Positions 59,622 through 64,000 of a stretch of DNA of 64,000 nucleotides are shown piece by piece. The notes below the pieces were generated by a model. The model was not told the DNA's origin. It saw only the letters and a program-made list of their open reading frames with translations, and ran no database searches. Source of the DNA: Leptospiria bacterium (lineage in GTDB: Bacteria > Spirochaetota > Leptospiria > Turneriellales > CBDBES01); the NCBI GenBank assembly GCA_965262015.1, contig OZ253494.1, positions 1,228,178-1,292,177 of the forward strand, in the 5' to 3' direction. Position numbers and translations under genes: made by a program. The first letter of the stretch is position 1. Each line of letters starts with the position of its first letter.

Positions 59622-60650
59622 ATGAAAGAAAATGATACTACTGAAGAAAAAGTTTTTATTATTAAATGTAGATTTAAATCTGTTAGTAATAAAATATATG
59701 GTATTCTTTTTATAAAATTTAATGCGGGGTTTCATATGGCAGAAATAACCAAAGTAATTATCGCATCTTACTCAGCTGTCTTTATGAAACCCTTAGAACT
59801 TTTTACAGGAGAGAGTCTAAATGGTGCTATTAGTGAATTAATTTATAAAGGTGATTATCATAAAAAACAAACTGTTACTTTACAAAACACTCTGGATAAC
59901 TCACTCAAAGACCCAACCTTTGTCAATGACCTCGATAATGCTATTAAAGATAAGGAATATAAAAGAGCAATGGGCCGACTATTTGAACCTATGTTGGGGA
60001 AAGCACTCTATGATAAAAAGATTGTCATGGAAATTGCCCTGGAGATGGATTCATCCTCCACAGAGGATTCTATTCACGAACAAGAAATACACCAGGTACA
60101 AGCGGACTCTTTAGAAGACACGCCTGATATGGCTGTGGAAGAAATCATGATTAATACAACGTTTGTCTTGTCTCCCGTAGGTGGTAAGGTAGTACGAAAT
60201 ATCCAACCTAACGATATTGTAATGGCTATGATCGTCCACGGGGGCCCAAACGAAGATAATCTTATTTCTCAATACCATTTAAGTGAAGGTGCTGGTAAAA
60301 TAGTACAACCCATTCCTGGCAAAGTTATCTCAAATACACAAGTAGAAAATAAGCCACAGCACAAGTTACGTATACAATTTGATACACATATCTTTTCTGA
60401 AATATTGGAAGAAATAAACGTCAACGTAAAGTTATTTTATGGATCGCCATTTGTCTTTTTATCTGGCAACATGCCCATAGAAAAGTCTCAAACACCTAAT
60501 AATACACAGCATCAAATATCACAGCCTGTTGCATCCATTGACCTCCCGCCTGTGAAAAGTCACAAAAATATTCCGTTCGTCCAAATTTCTCTCTTCCTAT
60601 TGATTGGACTACTGTTTTCGTTAATGGGGGTTTTATATTTTATTCTCTAA
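59622..60650 (+). CDS. Hypothetical protein with a C-terminal TM anchor
   Basis: Long ORF, acidic linker, LSPVGGK..NIQPND motif, hydrophobic C-terminus. Confidence 0.7.
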   Translation: MKENDTTEEKVFIIKCRFKSVSNKIYGILFIKFNAGFHMAEITKVIIASYSAVFMKPLELFTGESLNGAISELIYKGDYHKKQTVTLQNTLDNSLKDPTFVNDLDNAIKDKEYKRAMGRLFEPMLGKALYDKKIVMEIALEMDSSSTEDSIHEQEIHQVQADSLEDTPDMAVEEIMINTTFVLSPVGGKVVRNIQPNDIVMAMIVHGGPNEDNLISQYHLSEGAGKIVQPIPGKVISNTQVENKPQHKLRIQFDTHIFSEILEEINVNVKLFYGSPFVFLSGNMPIEKSQTPNNTQHQISQPVASIDLPPVKSHKNIPFVQISLFLLIGLLFSLMGVLYFIL

Positions 60651-60700
60651 AAAGAATATACTTGCGATCTTAGCTTCTTTAAAGGTATGAGAGAGACTCT

Positions 60701-61090
60701 ATGCGTTTTTCCTTACCTTTAATTTTATTGTGTTTCTTGGTGATAATTTTAATTATTTCTGATTTTATATTTTTACCTGTCCTCATATTACAAACACAGA
60801 ATTTTACTAACATAATACTATATATTATCCTAATAACAATACTATCTTTTGGACTATATCATATAAAGTCTTACCTAAAAAAACACTATCATAACATCCA
60901 GCACACTCAAACATCACCTCGGAATGCTGAGGATACTCTTTCTCACAACTATGATGTAGCTACACAATCACATAAGATTATGTTTACCTTCATGGCGAAT
61001 AGTATCCGCTATACCGTACAGATAGTATTTTGGGTAATTTTGTTCACCACAGCTGTATACATTAATACTTGTATTTTTGCACGAGAATAA
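60701..61090 (+). CDS. Small hypothetical membrane protein
   Basis: 129 aa, three hydrophobic segments, purine-rich upstream sequence. Confidence 0.55.
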   Translation: MRFSLPLILLCFLVIILIISDFIFLPVLILQTQNFTNIILYIILITILSFGLYHIKSYLKKHYHNIQHTQTSPRNAEDTLSHNYDVATQSHKIMFTFMANSIRYTVQIVFWVILFTTAVYINTCIFARE

Positions 61091-61119
61091 TAACTTGCAC
61101 AAATAGCAATAATAAGTAA

Positions 61120-62055
61120 TTATGATTGGGGCAGTTTTTTTTCAGGCTCACAAGTAATCGGTGCATTAAAACATTGTAATTTAACAATATCACCTTCTTG
61201 TAATATACCTAGGGTGTTTTTTAATGTAAAAGCAATGTTAAATTCCTTATATTTATTAATAAAATTTGTGAGGTGTAATATAATTGATAGATTTGAAACA
61301 ATATTCCTTGATAGACTCAAATAACCCTCCAAAGAAACGTTAAATAAACTAGAATTTATTTGTAATTTATTCATATCAACCGTGTTATTTTTGATAAATA
61401 TATGGTGTTTAATAGTATTAATGACCAAAGCATCAATATTTCTACCAATCATAGGAAGACTAGCTTCTGTTTTTAATATAAGATCATCTAAGTCTAAATC
61501 AAGATCAAATAACCATTCTGACTTGTTTTGTGATAGATTATTACTATCAGCTATAATTTTAAATCCAGAACTACGCAAGGTAAATGGCACATATACTTCT
61601 AAATTAGCTACCATAGGGCCAGACTCAAGAGATAATTTTAATTTATCCCGTAATACAAGATTGAATAAGGAAATATGACCACGTAGAGTAGTAAAAGTAA
61701 TTTTATGACTTTTTTCTTTGTTCGCAGATAAAGGTATAGATAGATTAGTAAACTCAAAATACCCTGAGATAGATATATTATACGTACTATAACTTATAGA
61801 TTCACCAAAAATAATTGCTTGATCAAGGAATTTTTTACTAATTGATTTAATTGGGAAAAAAAGAATAATAGAACCTATCAGGCTAATAATTCCAATCAAT
61901 AATATAACCACTATATTCTTAATTAAAACTAATCGAGATAAACTTGGAGAAGATTCTCCATCATTTACAGACACCCCAGCAGTAGATAAGGCAAGTTGAA
62001 GAGGAGTAGTCTTGATTAGTGTTTCGTCTTGTTCTTGTTGATTATCTAAGGCCAT
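61120..62055 (-). CDS. Type II secretion GspN-like protein
   Basis: TM ending in FFP, beta-rich remainder; follows gspL/M-like genes. Confidence 0.55.
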   Translation of the reverse strand: MALDNQQEQDETLIKTTPLQLALSTAGVSVNDGESSPSLSRLVLIKNIVVILLIGIISLIGSIILFFPIKSISKKFLDQAIIFGESISYSTYNISISGYFEFTNLSIPLSANKEKSHKITFTTLRGHISLFNLVLRDKLKLSLESGPMVANLEVYVPFTLRSSGFKIIADSNNLSQNKSEWLFDLDLDLDDLILKTEASLPMIGRNIDALVINTIKHHIFIKNNTVDMNKLQINSSLFNVSLEGYLSLSRNIVSNLSIILHLTNFINKYKEFNIAFTLKNTLGILQEGDIVKLQCFNAPITCEPEKKLPQS

Positions 62056-62058
62056 GAA

Positions 62059-62577
62059 TTACTTATTCCTACCCAAAAAAGTAGCGATTGTAATAGAAAC
62101 GCTATAATAACCCACTTTTTTTAGAAGAGGTCGGGTTGCTAGGTTAGTTATTTTAAGAAATTTATCTGGATAATTTTCAACCTGATTAATTAAGGTAAAG
62201 ATAGGTTGCATAGGTATCTCTTTAAAAGTGATTTGAACTTCTGATTTAATATATTTTTTCTCTACCTTGCTACGTCGAGGAATAAGGTTTGGATGAAAAG
62301 ATTTTAAGTTATTTTGTACTAGTAATTTTTCTATATCAATAGTAACATCTGAAGCACCTTTTTGATTAACAATATTAGCAGATAAATTTTTTAGTAAACG
62401 ATACTCCCTACCAAGATTTTGTAATACTATCGACTCATGTGTCCATTGATCTTCCTGTTCTTTAATATTAGCTAAGAGGTTATTTGCCTTATACAATCCC
62501 GCTAAAAATAACATAATGGATAAAACAATAGAACCCCCAAAGAGAATAAGTTTTTCACGTTCTGTTAAATGTAGCAT
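62059..62577 (-). CDS. Type II secretion GspM-like protein
   Basis: LTEREKLIL then TM, coiled coil and ferredoxin-like C-terminus. Confidence 0.65.
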   Translation of the reverse strand: MLHLTEREKLILFGGSIVLSIMLFLAGLYKANNLLANIKEQEDQWTHESIVLQNLGREYRLLKNLSANIVNQKGASDVTIDIEKLLVQNNLKSFHPNLIPRRSKVEKKYIKSEVQITFKEIPMQPIFTLINQVENYPDKFLKITNLATRPLLKKVGYYSVSITIATFLGRNK

Positions 62578-62589
62578 ATCTGATATCTT

Positions 62590-64000
62590 TTATGGGTTAG
62601 ATGGTATAATCTGACATTTAAACTTCCATTGTATTGTATTATTTTTTCCTGGGTCTGTGCGCTTAGAACAATTCACTGTTGCAAATACAACATTCTTTGT
62701 TATTGCAGTCTGTAAATCTTCTAGCCAAGCAACGCTCTCTACTGAACCTACCACTGAAATACTTTTGCTATCATATCGTATCTTATTAACCACCAAACTA
62801 TCATTTACAGGTAAAGAATTAGTTAACTCAAGTAAGAGCAAACTAATAGGATAATCTTGAAAAAAATGTGTAAAAATATCTGTTTTTTTCTTTAGTAAAT
62901 TAACCTGCTTCTGAGCTGACCCAACAAGTGATGTATGTTTTTTCGGCAGTCGAGTGATACCAAAATCTTTTTTGTATTGTGTGACATTAGCTTCATAATG
63001 TTTTTCCACATTTTTTTCATAAAACCATAGATCAGCGACAATGGCACCTATAAAACTTATTAAACCAAAAGCAAAGAGGATAAAAAAAGTAAGCCTTCTA
63101 TATAGTGGGGATTTATAAACATATTTTTTTAAGTCTTTATCTAAAAATCTTAATTTATGGCCAGCATGATAAGCAATAATACTACCAAAAGGCAGAGTGT
63201 ATTCACGGGGCCAGCTAATCAGGGGAGTCTTCTCATAGGAAAGACTTACTATATTGCGATTAGTGTAATGAGATAGAAGTGTTTCTAGAGGCGACTGGTA
63301 TTTTAAATCACTACTTAATATTATGGGTAAAGAATCTGGAGAGTAGGTAAGAGATGTTTTTGTTGGTATTGAAGAATTAATAGTCACATTAATCTCTTTT
63401 TGAAATATATAAGAAAATTCTTGAAATGCTTGAATTAATAGATTCATATGAGATTTAGAAAGTTTATACTGATTTTTATAGTGTCCATAATCAACATTCT
63501 CTAAATCAGTAATACCCATTTTAGCAACTAAATCAGCACTTTCTGTGAAATCTCTACCCCACTTTTCTGCAATAAGCTTTATTAAAGTATTATATCCCAG
63601 ACTAATATTGCGAGCACACAACCATTCATTAGAAGACACATGAATTATGTAAGAGTGATTTGATGAAACATGCAAAGCAATATAGTGTTCTTCTTCAATG
63701 TAACTACCCAGATGATAAAGAGAATCTATCTCTGCATATAAACCTAAAACAAAGATATTGTATTTTTTGAATAGAGAAAGATATTGGTATAGAACGTTCT
63801 TGAGGCAACCTACTATAACAACCCTTGTAATATTATTATCATAGTCGGGATAACTATAATAATCAAATACAATTTCATCTAGAGGATAGACAATTACATT
63901 ACTCAGCTCAAAAGGTATGGTCTCTTTAACCTGATTTTTATCTGTAAAAGGTAAAACGAATTCTCGCATGAAAGTGCTTTCTGTGGGGATATTAAAATAA
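62590..64000 (-). CDS. gspL: Type II secretion GspL / PilM-PilN-like protein (5' end beyond the window)
   Basis: R.F.LPF......ETIPFE actin-like domain, TM, PilN-like C-terminus; frame open to the window edge (YFNIPTESTFMREF). Confidence 0.65.
   Translation of the reverse strand, partial: YFNIPTESTFMREFVLPFTDKNQVKETIPFELSNVIVYPLDEIVFDYYSYPDYDNNITRVVIVGCLKNVLYQYLSLFKKYNIFVLGLYAEIDSLYHLGSYIEEEHYIALHVSSNHSYIIHVSSNEWLCARNISLGYNTLIKLIAEKWGRDFTESADLVAKMGITDLENVDYGHYKNQYKLSKSHMNLLIQAFQEFSYIFQKEINVTINSSIPTKTSLTYSPDSLPIILSSDLKYQSPLETLLSHYTNRNIVSLSYEKTPLISWPREYTLPFGSIIAYHAGHKLRFLDKDLKKYVYKSPLYRRLTFFILFAFGLISFIGAIVADLWFYEKNVEKHYEANVTQYKKDFGITRLPKKHTSLVGSAQKQVNLLKKKTDIFTHFFQDYPISLLLLELTNSLPVNDSLVVNKIRYDSKSISVVGSVESVAWLEDLQTAITKNVVFATVNCSKRTDPGKNNTIQWKFKCQIIPSNP

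Overview
AT-rich bacterial chromosome segment with about 55 CDS. I recognised no rRNA, tRNA, CRISPR-cas or transposase. Gene content and synteny (folP-cdaA-cdaR-acpS, topA-xerC, lspA-rluD, Asp-type MurA, FlgD/OmpA and PorV/UPF0164-like barrels, gspL-M-N) suggest a Spirochaetota, possibly Leptospira-related and host-associated; this is inference only. Most of the window is housekeeping: uvrA', purB, amtB-glnK, der, thiG, valS, cysC, coaB, fbaB, hemA/C, trpC, sufS, aroA, murD, topA, lysS, ruvB, dapA/B, murA. Accessory and unusual parts: (1) 3.5-7.3 kb, a defence islet with a DUF262 + HEPN pair and a headless Type III Res fragment; (2) 19.3-22.2 kb, a Calx-beta/NHL/Cys-rich surface lipoprotein split by one in-frame TAA, with variable disulfide loops and mosaic internal duplications; (3) 28.1-30.6 kb, a GLUG-repeat lipoprotein with a C11 slippage tract, two palindromic repeats and an orphan methyltransferase; (4) 50.7-59.5 kb, two PorV-like barrels, a stand-alone T9SS-CTD-like lipoprotein and a multi-FlgD/OmpA protein near T2SS genes, a possible T9SS-like envelope module; (5) a DUF2061-APS-kinase fusion with a broken P-loop, divergent from a canonical cysC; (6) a heme-c sensor with a possibly degenerate cyclase domain downstream of a sigma-70 gene. 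All family assignments are from motif recognition by eye; no database searches were run.
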